Below, piece after piece: positions 28,082 to 36,067 of a stretch of 39,642 bases of DNA. This stretch comes from a virus (taxonomy: Duplodnaviria; Caudoviricetes), in IMG/VR virus record IMGVR_UViG_3300037518_000308, positions 1 through 39,642 of that record; one strand, 5' to 3'. Under the pieces are notes generated by a model. That model was not told where the DNA came from and did not search any database. It was given only the letters and a program-made list of their open reading frames with translations. Numbering within the stretch: the stretch's first letter is position 1; the number at the start of each line of letters is the position of its first letter. The position numbers and the translations under genes were made by a program.

Positions 28082-28354
28082 ATGAGTGAAGAAGAAGAAT
28101 TTTGTAGAATATTCAAAGAGGTCACCCCTTATTTAGAGAAAGCGGTGAAATCTGTAGGAGAGATTTCTAAAGAAATTCCTTTAAGTAATCATCCTATGTT
28201 TGTGTATTTTTTTACACGTCGTATAATTTCAATTTATATTTGTAGGTATATTGATGGATTGGTTGTTTTGCCTAATCATCGCGATCATTTTAATTCAGTA
28301 TTAGAAGAGGCGATAGATGAAGCATTAAGAATGAAAGCAAGTTTAGATGAATAG
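28082..28354 (+). CDS. ~90-aa helical protein, probable family A copy 3
   Basis: GEISKEIP...F......I.S....G......H......EAIDEAL pattern resembles 24105 and 24383. Confidence 0.65.
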   Translation: MSEEEEFCRIFKEVTPYLEKAVKSVGEISKEIPLSNHPMFVYFFTRRIISIYICRYIDGLVVLPNHRDHFNSVLEEAIDEALRMKASLDE

Positions 28355-28368
28355 ATAGGATAAAAATA

Positions 28369-28560
28369 ATGATTTTCTATTGTAGAAAATGTTTCAAGCT
28401 CGTTTATGATTGTGGGTGTCCTGGTTCTAACCAAGATAAAGTTAGAACTAATATAAAATATCTTCATGAAAGCTTACTTCCCGCTCAAATTGCATATAAC
28501 TTAAAGATGAAAGACTCTAACAAAAAAACATTACAAATCGAGTGGGACGGAGAAAAATAA
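28369..28560 (+). CDS. Small Cys-motif protein
   Basis: CRKCFKLVYDCGCP matches CDTCGKIFVDCKCP in 23932-24108. Confidence 0.6.
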   Translation: MIFYCRKCFKLVYDCGCPGSNQDKVRTNIKYLHESLLPAQIAYNLKMKDSNKKTLQIEWDGEK

Positions 28561-28773
28561 ATGAATGAGTTAATAGAATTTATCAGAGAGTTTGACTTGC
28601 ACAACTTGGTTGGCATCGGGATTGTTTTCTGTGTAATTACACGGGTTTGGAAAAACGAAGTACGATTAATCAAAGAAGAGACTAAATCCATACGAGATGA
28701 AATTGCTCAACAAGCTGCTAGAACCGACAAACTATATGAAATGTTTGTAGAATTACTTAAGGGAAAAAGTTAA
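28561..28773 (+). CDS. Single-TM plus coiled-coil protein, family B1 copy 2
   Basis: TM, coiled coil, QQAARTDKLYEMFVELLK. Confidence 0.7.
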   Translation: MNELIEFIREFDLHNLVGIGIVFCVITRVWKNEVRLIKEETKSIRDEIAQQAARTDKLYEMFVELLKGKS

Positions 28774-28839
28774 GAAAAAGTAATAACCTTGTGCATCTTG
28801 ATGATGCACCATATTAATAAACATAACCCGGGACAAAAT

Positions 28840-29055
28840 ATGCATGATTTAAAATTTGAGTTTTGGCACAGTACAGGTAAGGATTTGTTCTCCCCCACTA
28901 ATGACCAAGCTAGAGAACTATGTAAAACTATGCGACGTAAGAATCTAACAGCTTCCGAAGTGGAGTTTTATCACAATCAAGGTTACAACATAGAGCTTCG
29001 TCCAAGAATTACATTTTTAGAATCAATAAGAGGGCTAATAAAAAATGTCGAGTGA
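28840..29055 (+). CDS. Hypothetical protein (start MHDLKF)
   Basis: GGGA RBS before ATG 28840; overlaps the next gene. Confidence 0.6.
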   Translation: MHDLKFEFWHSTGKDLFSPTNDQARELCKTMRRKNLTASEVEFYHNQGYNIELRPRITFLESIRGLIKNVE

Positions 29056-29365
29056 ATTACCCAACAGTGCAGTTGAAACCCTTGAAGAGTTTATTTTTGC
29101 AATGGCGTTGCATGCTGTATCCATTGAAACTCTGTATGAACTTCAAAGAAAAGCTTTGCAAAGTGATTACTTAGAAGTTGATGAGATGGAGCAAGTGGAG
29201 ACAATTGGCTATGAAGCTAAGAGAATATTTCACGCAATCGATGCTCTTATTCACTTGATGGGTGAAAGGGCTGAAATTGATCCCTCTAAGATAGCACTTA
29301 ATCTTAAATCTAAAGTGTCAAATGTTAAGAAGGCTAAGAAGCCCAGGGCTAAAAAACCATCATGA
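29045..29365 (+). CDS. Hypothetical helical protein with a basic tail
   Basis: Coupled to the recombinase by an ATGA overlap. Confidence 0.6.
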   Translation: MSSELPNSAVETLEEFIFAMALHAVSIETLYELQRKALQSDYLEVDEMEQVETIGYEAKRIFHAIDALIHLMGERAEIDPSKIALNLKSKVSNVKKAKKPRAKKPS

Positions 29366-30072
29366 GATATCTAATTTACTTAAGAGTGTCAACAGATCAA
29401 CAAGAAGTGGCACACCAAGCAACTCATTGTGTGGCTTATGTACAATGTCAGCATAACTACACAGATCATCTAGTTTATGAAGATCCAGACACCTCTTCTA
29501 GGCTTCCTATTAAAGATCGTATTGGGCTTTGTAAGATGCTAGAAGATGTGAAAAAGGGAGATACAATTGTTGTTGCCAAGCTTGATAGAATTAGTCGCGA
29601 TATTGTTGAGATGGTAAATATCTGTAGAGATATTAGAAACAAAGGAGCTGAGATCTTATCCCTTGCGGAAGGAATTGTAGCCGACTGGATGCTTGGAATC
29701 TTTGGAAGCATTGCACAAAAAGAAAAAGAAGATGTATCTCATAGAACTAAAAAGACTATGTCATCTATGAGAGAACGTAAAGAACGGGTTGGTCATATTC
29801 CTTACGGCTTTAAGTTGTTAAGAGATATCAAAAGAACAAAAGACAATAAAGCTGAGAAGATATTAATCATTGAAAATCCAGATGAAATATTAGTTCTTAA
29901 AGAGATGCAAAAACTACGGGCGAAGGGTGAAACATTTAGACAAATGGCTCAAAGTCTTAATTCTAGCAAGTTGTTTAATAGAGATTCTCGCCCGTGGAAT
30001 CATAGCTCAGTATCTAGAGTGTATAAAAACTCTATTGTTCGATTTCAAAGAAATTTGGAACATATTTCTTAA
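29362..30072 (+). CDS. Serine recombinase (resolvase/invertase family, 236 aa)
   Basis: YLRVSTDQQ catalytic Ser, D..SS, R.GL..ML, IVVAKLDRISR, G.IPYGF and a short C-terminal DNA-binding region. No zinc ribbon or long coiled coil as in large serine integrases. Confidence 0.92.
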   Translation: MRYLIYLRVSTDQQEVAHQATHCVAYVQCQHNYTDHLVYEDPDTSSRLPIKDRIGLCKMLEDVKKGDTIVVAKLDRISRDIVEMVNICRDIRNKGAEILSLAEGIVADWMLGIFGSIAQKEKEDVSHRTKKTMSSMRERKERVGHIPYGFKLLRDIKRTKDNKAEKILIIENPDEILVLKEMQKLRAKGETFRQMAQSLNSSKLFNRDSRPWNHSSVSRVYKNSIVRFQRNLEHIS

Positions 30073-30541
30073 CAAACCCATCCTTCCAGTTGGGATCATT
30101 CAAATATACAGAGATCAATTCCATAATCCTTGGCATTGAGTAATAATAAAATCTAGTGTTTTTGTGGAAGTGTCCTAGGTTGCATTGCTGCTTTCTTGTA
30201 AAAACTAGTTTGATGGAGATTTCACTCCAGGGCATATATAGCATTTCCTCATCTAGGTTTATGATGTTATCTTCCTCTTCCTCTTCATCACTTTGCCCAT
30301 GTTTATCAAAATCATATTTGATTGATTGTCCACTGCTATTCACTGTATCTTCAAACATTGAAGATGTTATTTTTGTATAAAAATGAATGTCTTCATAAGT
30401 TTCATTGAGATGTTCAACAATCTTTTCTATGCAATTCTGAACTCTTTCTATGAGAACTAGTTGTTTTGTTTCACTGGACAATCCTTGAAGACTGTCTGGA
30501 AACGTTAGCAATAAATTATCCACCAATACTTCATCACTCAT
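30032..30541 (-). CDS. Hypothetical protein (169 aa)
   Basis: GGGGAG RBS; abuts rusA; 3' end overlaps the recombinase by 41 bp. Confidence 0.6.
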   Translation of the reverse strand: MSDEVLVDNLLLTFPDSLQGLSSETKQLVLIERVQNCIEKIVEHLNETYEDIHFYTKITSSMFEDTVNSSGQSIKYDFDKHGQSDEEEEEDNIINLDEEMLYMPWSEISIKLVFTRKQQCNLGHFHKNTRFYYYSMPRIMELISVYLNDPNWKDGFVKKYVPNFFEIEQ

Positions 30542-30985
30542 TTAATACTCCCCTATTTCACGGTCTGTTATTATTTTACTTGTTTCTTGTAAGAAAATTA
30601 TTGTTCTTGGATCTTTTGCATAAAGTTTAACCGCTTTTCCGATCTGTACGCAATTATCATCTTGAATTATTGATCCAGTCATTATGTCGAGATAAAACTT
30701 GATAAGGTTGTCTACATCAGGCTTCTTGATGTGTTTAAGAGATCCTGTTTCAGCAAGAATTCTATCTTCTTTTCTCATGCTTTTTGGAATTGGCATTAAA
30801 AACCAAAAATTGATGCGTGGATATTCTGGAAACTTCCATGTTTCATCCACTTGATCTTTAGCCATCAAAGAAAATAATCTCTTCTCTTTTCCTTGAGGAT
30901 CAAATAACCAGCTTTTTCCACCTCGGGTTATAGATCTAAACCTAGATTGGGCTACTGGATTTCCTGGAAATACAAACTTGTACAC
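30542..30985 (-). CDS. rusA: RusA family Holliday junction resolvase
   Basis: PGNPVAQSRFR, F..PIPKS, KKPDVDNLIK...D..TG....DD..V. Confidence 0.92.
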   Translation of the reverse strand: MYKFVFPGNPVAQSRFRSITRGGKSWLFDPQGKEKRLFSLMAKDQVDETWKFPEYPRINFWFLMPIPKSMRKEDRILAETGSLKHIKKPDVDNLIKFYLDIMTGSIIQDDNCVQIGKAVKLYAKDPRTIIFLQETSKIITDREIGEY

Positions 30986-31096
30986 ACACTTTTCCTTGAA
31001 TAATTATTTTTTGTTTTATATAAAAAACGTTTGAGATTAGGGATTTATTCAATTAATTTTATGACTGGCAGTCTGAATATATCCCTCCTCATTTAA

Positions 31097-31306
31097 TCAA
31101 TCCCTCACACTTTTTCTAAGTTCTTTTTGTGTAAGTTTTTCAAATTCTTCTTTATCAATTGCATGTAGAGTTTGTCTAAGTTCATTGAAGGCATGGGCCT
31201 CATGCATGCAGTACTGCATTTCTTCATGAGCTGTTTTCATCCTCTTTTCACTTATCCCTTCCATCTTCTTGACGAAGCTATCTACAGATTTTCTTAAATC
31301 AGCCAT
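31097..31306 (-). CDS. Hypothetical protein (69 aa)
   Basis: GGAGGGG RBS. Confidence 0.6.
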   Translation of the reverse strand: MADLRKSVDSFVKKMEGISEKRMKTAHEEMQYCMHEAHAFNELRQTLHAIDKEEFEKLTQKELRKSVRD

Positions 31307-31315
31307 TTACCCCTC

Positions 31316-31636
31316 CTAAAATGGGAAGTCTTGGTTATCTTTGATTACGTCTTCTGGGACCATGTCTCCATTCTGTGCGATGTAAGCCTCTACAGCCTCT
31401 ACAACCTGATCCCTAAATCTTTTTGTAGCACCAGGATCTGTAAGTTCCATAAGGTCTGTGTACTTGGTTTCTCCACCAACTTCGTACTTTTCTCTCGGAA
31501 AACTAACCCATCGGTTAATACCTTTTTGGAATACCATTACTTTGTGTATTTTAAGCTTCCAAGGTTGAATATGAATTGAGCAACTAGCTAGTAAGTCACC
31601 TTTGTTAATTGGATTTACATTAAAAATTTCAATCAT
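31316..31636 (-). CDS. SpoVG-like nucleic-acid-binding protein, probable SSB substitute
   Basis: LLA..SI...L.IH.V......RWVSFP..KY..G...Y.D pattern; acidic tail ending DFPF. Confidence 0.65.
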   Translation of the reverse strand: MIEIFNVNPINKGDLLASCSIHIQPWKLKIHKVMVFQKGINRWVSFPREKYEVGGETKYTDLMELTDPGATKRFRDQVVEAVEAYIAQNGDMVPEDVIKDNQDFPF

Positions 31637-31645
31637 CTTATTTCC

Positions 31646-32458
31646 TTATAAAATTGTTGGTTTTCTTCTGCTTGTTTCTTCAAAAACGAATTGTGTAGCA
31701 GTCTTTAATCGATCAGACAAAGCCTCTCCACAAAATTCGGATAACTTTTGAGCACTTAAATTTGTTGTAATAACCGTTCCGCGATCCGTCCATTGCATTC
31801 TTGTATTAATTAAATCCATGAAGAAGGTTAGAAATGCTGGACTTGGGTCTGATGTTCCAAAATCATCAATGACTAGAAGCTCTGCATTCTCAACTTTTTG
31901 GGTAAATTCCCATGGTTTATCGGATTTAAAAGTTCCAAGCCATTGAGTTGTCAAAGATTTATTTGTAAAAAACCTGGCTGATGTCTTGGATCGTGTGAAT
32001 AATTCACATAAACCCATGGACGCATATGTCTTTCCGGTACCAGGTTTTCCTCGCATCAAGATAATGCCGCTCGGCTTATTGGCAAATTTCCTTAAAAACT
32101 CTACTTTTCCAGCACTTTGTTCAATGAAATCAAAAGATAAGTTGTGATGCATGTCACCAATACCGTTTAATTCGCAAAATAAGGGCCACTGTAGCGATCT
32201 TTTTGGTTGGGTGGTATGATTAGATACCTCAACATGATTTATGAGCTTAGAAGGGCTGCAAATGCGTCCACATATCCAAACCCGTTCTTTTTCTGGATTA
32301 GTCCAGCAATAACCCTCTCTATTACCACAGTACTTGCATGACATTTCATTGCATGGGATGGGAGGGTTTATTGGGATGTACCCATCATTTCCAGTGTAGT
32401 AATGCACTAGATCTCCATCCGTATCAGGTTTTGGTAGTAGATCTTGAAGACTCTTCAT
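31646..32458 (-). CDS. DnaC/IstB-like AAA+ helicase loader
   Basis: Walker A GKPGTGKT, Walker B LLVIDDFG, TVITTNLS, SDRL; N-terminal CxxC; coupled to the initiator. Confidence 0.9.
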   Translation of the reverse strand: MKSLQDLLPKPDTDGDLVHYYTGNDGYIPINPPIPCNEMSCKYCGNREGYCWTNPEKERVWICGRICSPSKLINHVEVSNHTTQPKRSLQWPLFCELNGIGDMHHNLSFDFIEQSAGKVEFLRKFANKPSGIILMRGKPGTGKTYASMGLCELFTRSKTSARFFTNKSLTTQWLGTFKSDKPWEFTQKVENAELLVIDDFGTSDPSPAFLTFFMDLINTRMQWTDRGTVITTNLSAQKLSEFCGEALSDRLKTATQFVFEETSRRKPTIL

Positions 32459-33228
32459 AAAGCGTACTTAGCACCTTCCATGATGGCTTCATATGCTTTG
32501 TTGTCATCCGAGCATGGAGCGAACTTTCTATCTTTCTTGGGTTTTATCCCTTCGTTTAAACGCTTACGCATCCATTGACGTATGGCAGCGGCATAGTCTT
32601 TATATCCTTTGGGTTTAGATGCAGAACAGTAGTCATTCATCTCTTCGATAATGGATTTGATAGACTCTTCTCCATACTTAGAGCAAAGATCTTTGTATTC
32701 TTCATCTTTAAGTTTTACATGAGATCCAAAACACACACTGACGGCTTTAGCCGGCTTTTTTGATGGGGGATTATTTGAGGGATTATAGGGTGTATAATCT
32801 TTGTTATTATCTATGTTATCTATATATATGTGGGGGTGGATCTGTGGTTCCTCTGTGACAGGAACTGTGGTTCCTCTCATGGTGGAACTGTGGTTCCGGT
32901 CTGCTAGGAACTCATCATCATCTTTAATTTCCTCATCTGCTATTGAAAAATCTTCAGGAGGTAGAACGGCTTTTATAACCCTAACCCTTCCATCAAAAGA
33001 AACTTCTTCAATCAATTTCATGGATTTAAGTTTTGATATCATTTCTCTTATATATCTCTCACTGACACCAAAAAATGCAGATAGATAAGTGTTGCTTGCG
33101 TAACAACCTCCTTTTTGACGATCAAACAAAGAATGGACCTCTGCCCACAACATGCGCTCTAAGGGTTTAAGTTCTTTGTTAATCCATATCTCTCTTGGTA
33201 TCCATATTCCTTTGAAATCCCTAGACAT
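32455..33228 (-). CDS. Phage replication initiator (Rep2, lambda O-like organisation)
   Basis: FKGIWIP.EIW....L...E....AE..S......CYASN.YL..FFGVSER...I..L winged HTH, internal iterons, C-terminal YKDYAAAIRQW; precedes the DnaC-like gene. Confidence 0.85.
   Translation of the reverse strand: MSRDFKGIWIPREIWINKELKPLERMLWAEVHSLFDRQKGGCYASNTYLSAFFGVSERYIREMISKLKSMKLIEEVSFDGRVRVIKAVLPPEDFSIADEEIKDDDEFLADRNHSSTMRGTTVPVTEEPQIHPHIYIDNIDNNKDYTPYNPSNNPPSKKPAKAVSVCFGSHVKLKDEEYKDLCSKYGEESIKSIIEEMNDYCSASKPKGYKDYAAAIRQWMRKRLNEGIKPKKDRKFAPCSDDNKAYEAIMEGAKYAL
32838..32897. repeat. Iterons of the putative lytic origin
   Basis: GGA(T/A)CTGTGGTTCC at 32838, 32861 and 32884 (23-bp period), next to an AT-rich tract at ~32795-32830. 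Confidence 0.75.
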
Positions 33229-33303
33229 TAAAAAGCCCTTGTGTTCTAATTTTAGAAAATGTTGTTTTCATTTTTTTTATCTTGAGTTTAAGTTTATTTT
33301 TTT

Positions 33304-33325
33304 AGGGGCTTCCGGGCCCCTTTTT
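33304..33325 (+). terminator. Terminator-like hairpin antisense to the Rep2 leader
   Basis: AGGGGC-TTCCGG-GCCCCT then TTTT; T tract on the plus strand only. Confidence 0.5.
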
Positions 33326-33596
33326 AGTGATAATGTTCATTTCTTTTTATGCAAAATGTGTCGAATTCATCATCAAATCCATTAACCTTGATAAACACAC
33401 TGTCTTTGTTGTCCAGAGTATTGATGAATCCATTCTTCTCAAGAGATCTTAGTTGATTTATGCGATAAGGAATTTTGTGTTCTTGAATGGATAAAATCCC
33501 ATTTTGGTGATACATCTTGCACAACGTAACCCATAATTCGGATTCTTCTATTTCTTCAATGGTTTCAAAACATTTACTACACAAGTAAAGAATCAT
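33324..33596 (-). CDS. Hypothetical protein, possible winged helix
   Basis: CSKC near the N-terminus, LRSLEKNGFI helix; ATGA overlap. Confidence 0.6.
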   Translation of the reverse strand: MILYLCSKCFETIEEIEESELWVTLCKMYHQNGILSIQEHKIPYRINQLRSLEKNGFINTLDNKDSVFIKVNGFDDEFDTFCIKRNEHYH

Positions 33597-33904
33597 CTTG
33601 GCTCTTGAGGTATCATCTCAATGTCAATTACATCTCCATGATCTAAAAAGTTTAGTATGTAAATAGATGCAAGTGCTCGAATATCATTTTTGAACTTTGT
33701 CCAAGAACGTATTCTCTTGTTGATGATCTCATCGCGTTTAAAGTTGCATTGACCCTCACTATCTGCTGCGTAAATGCATAGAAAATATGCTGACATAGCG
33801 CGAGGTATGATATCTGCAATACGAGATATCGTTGCTTCATCCGTTAATGTATATTCTTCCACAATCCTCCAGTAATAGAAATCAACTGGACGAATAACAA
33901 ACAA
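33593..33904 (-). CDS. Hypothetical protein, possible winged helix (start uncertain)
   Basis: First gene of the leftward replication operon; TTG start without a clear RBS. Confidence 0.55.
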   Translation of the reverse strand: MFVIRPVDFYYWRIVEEYTLTDEATISRIADIIPRAMSAYFLCIYAADSEGQCNFKRDEIINKRIRSWTKFKNDIRALASIYILNFLDHGDVIDIEMIPQEPR

Positions 33905-33980
33905 GCGTTGTACTATATAGATATAAGATACAACTTTTCCCTGCTAGGAAGATGTTTTCTTGTTTTTTGTTATTCGCCAG

Positions 33981-34000
33981 AGCCCGGTTTCCGGGCTTTT
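33981..34000 (+). terminator. Intrinsic terminator-like hairpin
   Basis: AGCCCGG-TTT-CCGGGCT followed by TTT. Confidence 0.55.
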
Positions 34001-34077
34001 GCGTTTTCTAAGTTAAATTAATTTTTTTTTAATTTAATCTCAATACTTTCTTTTAATTTTAATTGAGTCTGCCTAGC

Positions 34078-34091
34078 TGAGACATGTCTCA
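34078..34091. promoter_or_regulatory. Perfect 14-bp palindrome, operator candidate
   Basis: TGAGACATGTCTCA in the divergent gap between the replication and recombination operons. Confidence 0.45.
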
Positions 34092-34284
34092 CAGCTGATT
34101 TCTTATACTTCACTCCCATTCTTTTTCAAATAATTTCTTTGTATGTTAGTCGCTGTTGTTGTATAAAAATAATTTTAACAAAACAACCAAGAATTGATGT
34201 GTCTTGCGATCTAGGTGTAAAGAGCTGTTATTGGTTAACCGGTAAGTATGCAACTCCTCCACCAAACAAGAAGCGCTGGGTTAT

Positions 34285-34860
34285 TTGGTTTCTAGCGGGG
34301 ATTATCTTGTGGAAATTAACAATGATTATACAAGGGTAACAGAAGTTTTGTATCCACTTAGCGGTCTATCTTCTATTGACCCAAACATTCTAGCCAATGC
34401 TGCTAGACGTGGAACCCGTGTACATGATGTATGCGAGGCTATTGTCAAGGGACTGGGTGCTTGGGATATAGATGAAGAGATTAAAGGTTATGTAGAATCA
34501 TTTGAAAAATGGTGGAGTCAAGGTCATAAAGTTTTAGCCGTAGAGAAGAGATTTTATTGCAGTGAGCTAATGATCACAGGCCAAGTAGATATGATCATAG
34601 AGCATGAAGATGGGGCTATTATCTTAGATATAAAGACAAGTTATAAGCCTTCCAAGACATGGCCACTGCAAGGTGCTGCATATTCTTACATGGCAAGAAA
34701 ACATGGATACAATATCAATGGGATTCACTTTCTACATCTAGATAAAAAAGGTGGAGATCCAAAAGTCTATGTATATGACGATGAGTTTGAGTTGTTCAAG
34801 AAATGTTTAGATATATATAAGTATTTTTTCAAACCTAAAAAGAAGAGGGTGAAGAAATGA
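34285..34860 (+). CDS. PD-(D/E)XK exonuclease (RecB/Cas4-like fold)
   Basis: RVTEVL, RGTRVH..CE, VEKR......GQVD, ILDIKTS, LQ.AAY. The start may be GTG 34309. Confidence 0.85.
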   Translation: MVSSGDYLVEINNDYTRVTEVLYPLSGLSSIDPNILANAARRGTRVHDVCEAIVKGLGAWDIDEEIKGYVESFEKWWSQGHKVLAVEKRFYCSELMITGQVDMIIEHEDGAIILDIKTSYKPSKTWPLQGAAYSYMARKHGYNINGIHFLHLDKKGGDPKVYVYDDEFELFKKCLDIYKYFFKPKKKRVKK

Positions 34861-35000
34861 TGGCTTGGCATTGGAATGGTTGGAAGATTGCAAGAGATGC
34901 AATTGAAGAATACCTTGAAGAAGTTAGAGAAGAAGTTAAAGAAGAGAAGTGTGATTGTTTGCATGGATGTAATTATTGCTTAATGTTGGAGAAAGAATGA
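34857..35000 (+). CDS. Small protein (47 aa, not in track)
   Basis: ATGA overlaps at both ends; MMAWHWNGWKIARDAIEEYLEE...CDCLHGCNYC. Confidence 0.6.
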   Translation: MMAWHWNGWKIARDAIEEYLEEVREEVKEEKCDCLHGCNYCLMLEKE

Positions 35001-35827
35001 ACGAAGTAGCTGTAAAAGAAGTAGCTGTAAAAGAAGCAGCTACCTTAGAAAAAGAACCCTGTGTATTGGTGGATGGTGCTATACAAGGACTACCATCAGC
35101 CCAAGAATTGATGGTGTATGAAACATGGGCAAAGACTGCTGCTGAAAGCAAGATGTATAAGGGCATAGGTGCAGAAGCCGGGATCATGATGATCATGTTA
35201 GCTGCCAGGGAATACGGTATAGGCCCAGCACAGGCATTAAATGGTGGTTTACACATCATAGAAGGTAAGGTTGAATTGTCAGCAAGAATGATGTCTGCAT
35301 TAATTCGTAAAGCTAAACACAGTGTACGCATCTTAGAATGTACAGACAAAGTATGTTCATTGCATGGCAAGAGAAGAGATACTGGTGATGAAGAAACGAC
35401 AAGCTTTACAATCGAAGAAGCTCAGCAAGCCGGTCTTATTAAAGACAAAGGTGCATGGAGAAAGACTCCTAAGGATATGCTCTTTGCTCGAGCAATGACT
35501 AGGCTTGCTAGGCAACTTTTTGCAGATGTCATTGGTATTGGATATGTAGAAGGGGAGATTAGTGGAGATGATCCCAAAGAAATACATATTTCTCCAATCA
35601 ATGAATTACAACTTGACCATGTTCCTGAAATCAAAGCGGCAGAAGAAGCTGTTTTACTTGAGGAATTGTGTAAAAACATAGAAAAAGATGACCAGCACTT
35701 TATGAATGAATTCATACAGATTGTTGGTGATCATTATGGGTGGGATAAATATACTACCATCAATAAGTTCTTGGAAAATATTGAACAAACATTAGAAAAA
35801 TTTAATAAGTGGAAGAAGAAATTATGA
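34997..35827 (+). CDS. RecT/Redbeta-like single-strand annealing protein
   Basis: E.GIGPAQAL..LHIIEGK..LSA..M.ALI, FTIEEAQQAGL....W...PKDML.ARA..R.AR..F.DV..G; adjacent to the exonuclease; GGAG RBS. Confidence 0.8.
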   Translation: MNEVAVKEVAVKEAATLEKEPCVLVDGAIQGLPSAQELMVYETWAKTAAESKMYKGIGAEAGIMMIMLAAREYGIGPAQALNGGLHIIEGKVELSARMMSALIRKAKHSVRILECTDKVCSLHGKRRDTGDEETTSFTIEEAQQAGLIKDKGAWRKTPKDMLFARAMTRLARQLFADVIGIGYVEGEISGDDPKEIHISPINELQLDHVPEIKAAEEAVLLEELCKNIEKDDQHFMNEFIQIVGDHYGWDKYTTINKFLENIEQTLEKFNKWKKKL

Positions 35828-36054
35828 GATGGCTTTTAATGAATATAGGATGTATCGAATGCGGAGTATCTTCTAATGTAGTAGGTGTTTACGAGGAAGA
35901 AACCAAAGCCCAAGATGCAGCAGATATATTAAATGAAAATGGATCATGGAGGGAAGGTGGTCAAAATAATTATGAAGTATTTGAGTTAAAAGACGGATTC
36001 TTTGAAAACGATGAGTATGTTGAGATTTTAAAAGGAAATAAAACATACTGTTAA
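35824..36054 (+). CDS. Hypothetical protein with a CxxC motif
   Basis: ATGA-type overlap region with the RecT 3' end; NIGCIECGVSSNVVGVY. Confidence 0.6.
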   Translation: MRWLLMNIGCIECGVSSNVVGVYEEETKAQDAADILNENGSWREGGQNNYEVFELKDGFFENDEYVEILKGNKTYC

Positions 36055-36067
36055 CATACACACAAAA

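Noticed and set aside
29362-30072. Large serine integrase
   Set aside because: At 236 aa it lacks the zinc ribbon and coiled-coil region typical of integrases, although an integration role cannot be fully excluded.
34285-34860. CRISPR-associated Cas4
   Set aside because: No four-Cys Fe-S cluster pattern and no cas genes; its position beside RecT fits a recombination exonuclease.
35003-35041. 15-bp tandem repeat GAAGTAGCTGTAAAA at the RecT 5' end
   Set aside because: Only two copies plus a partial one, in frame (EVAVK); most likely a slippage duplication.
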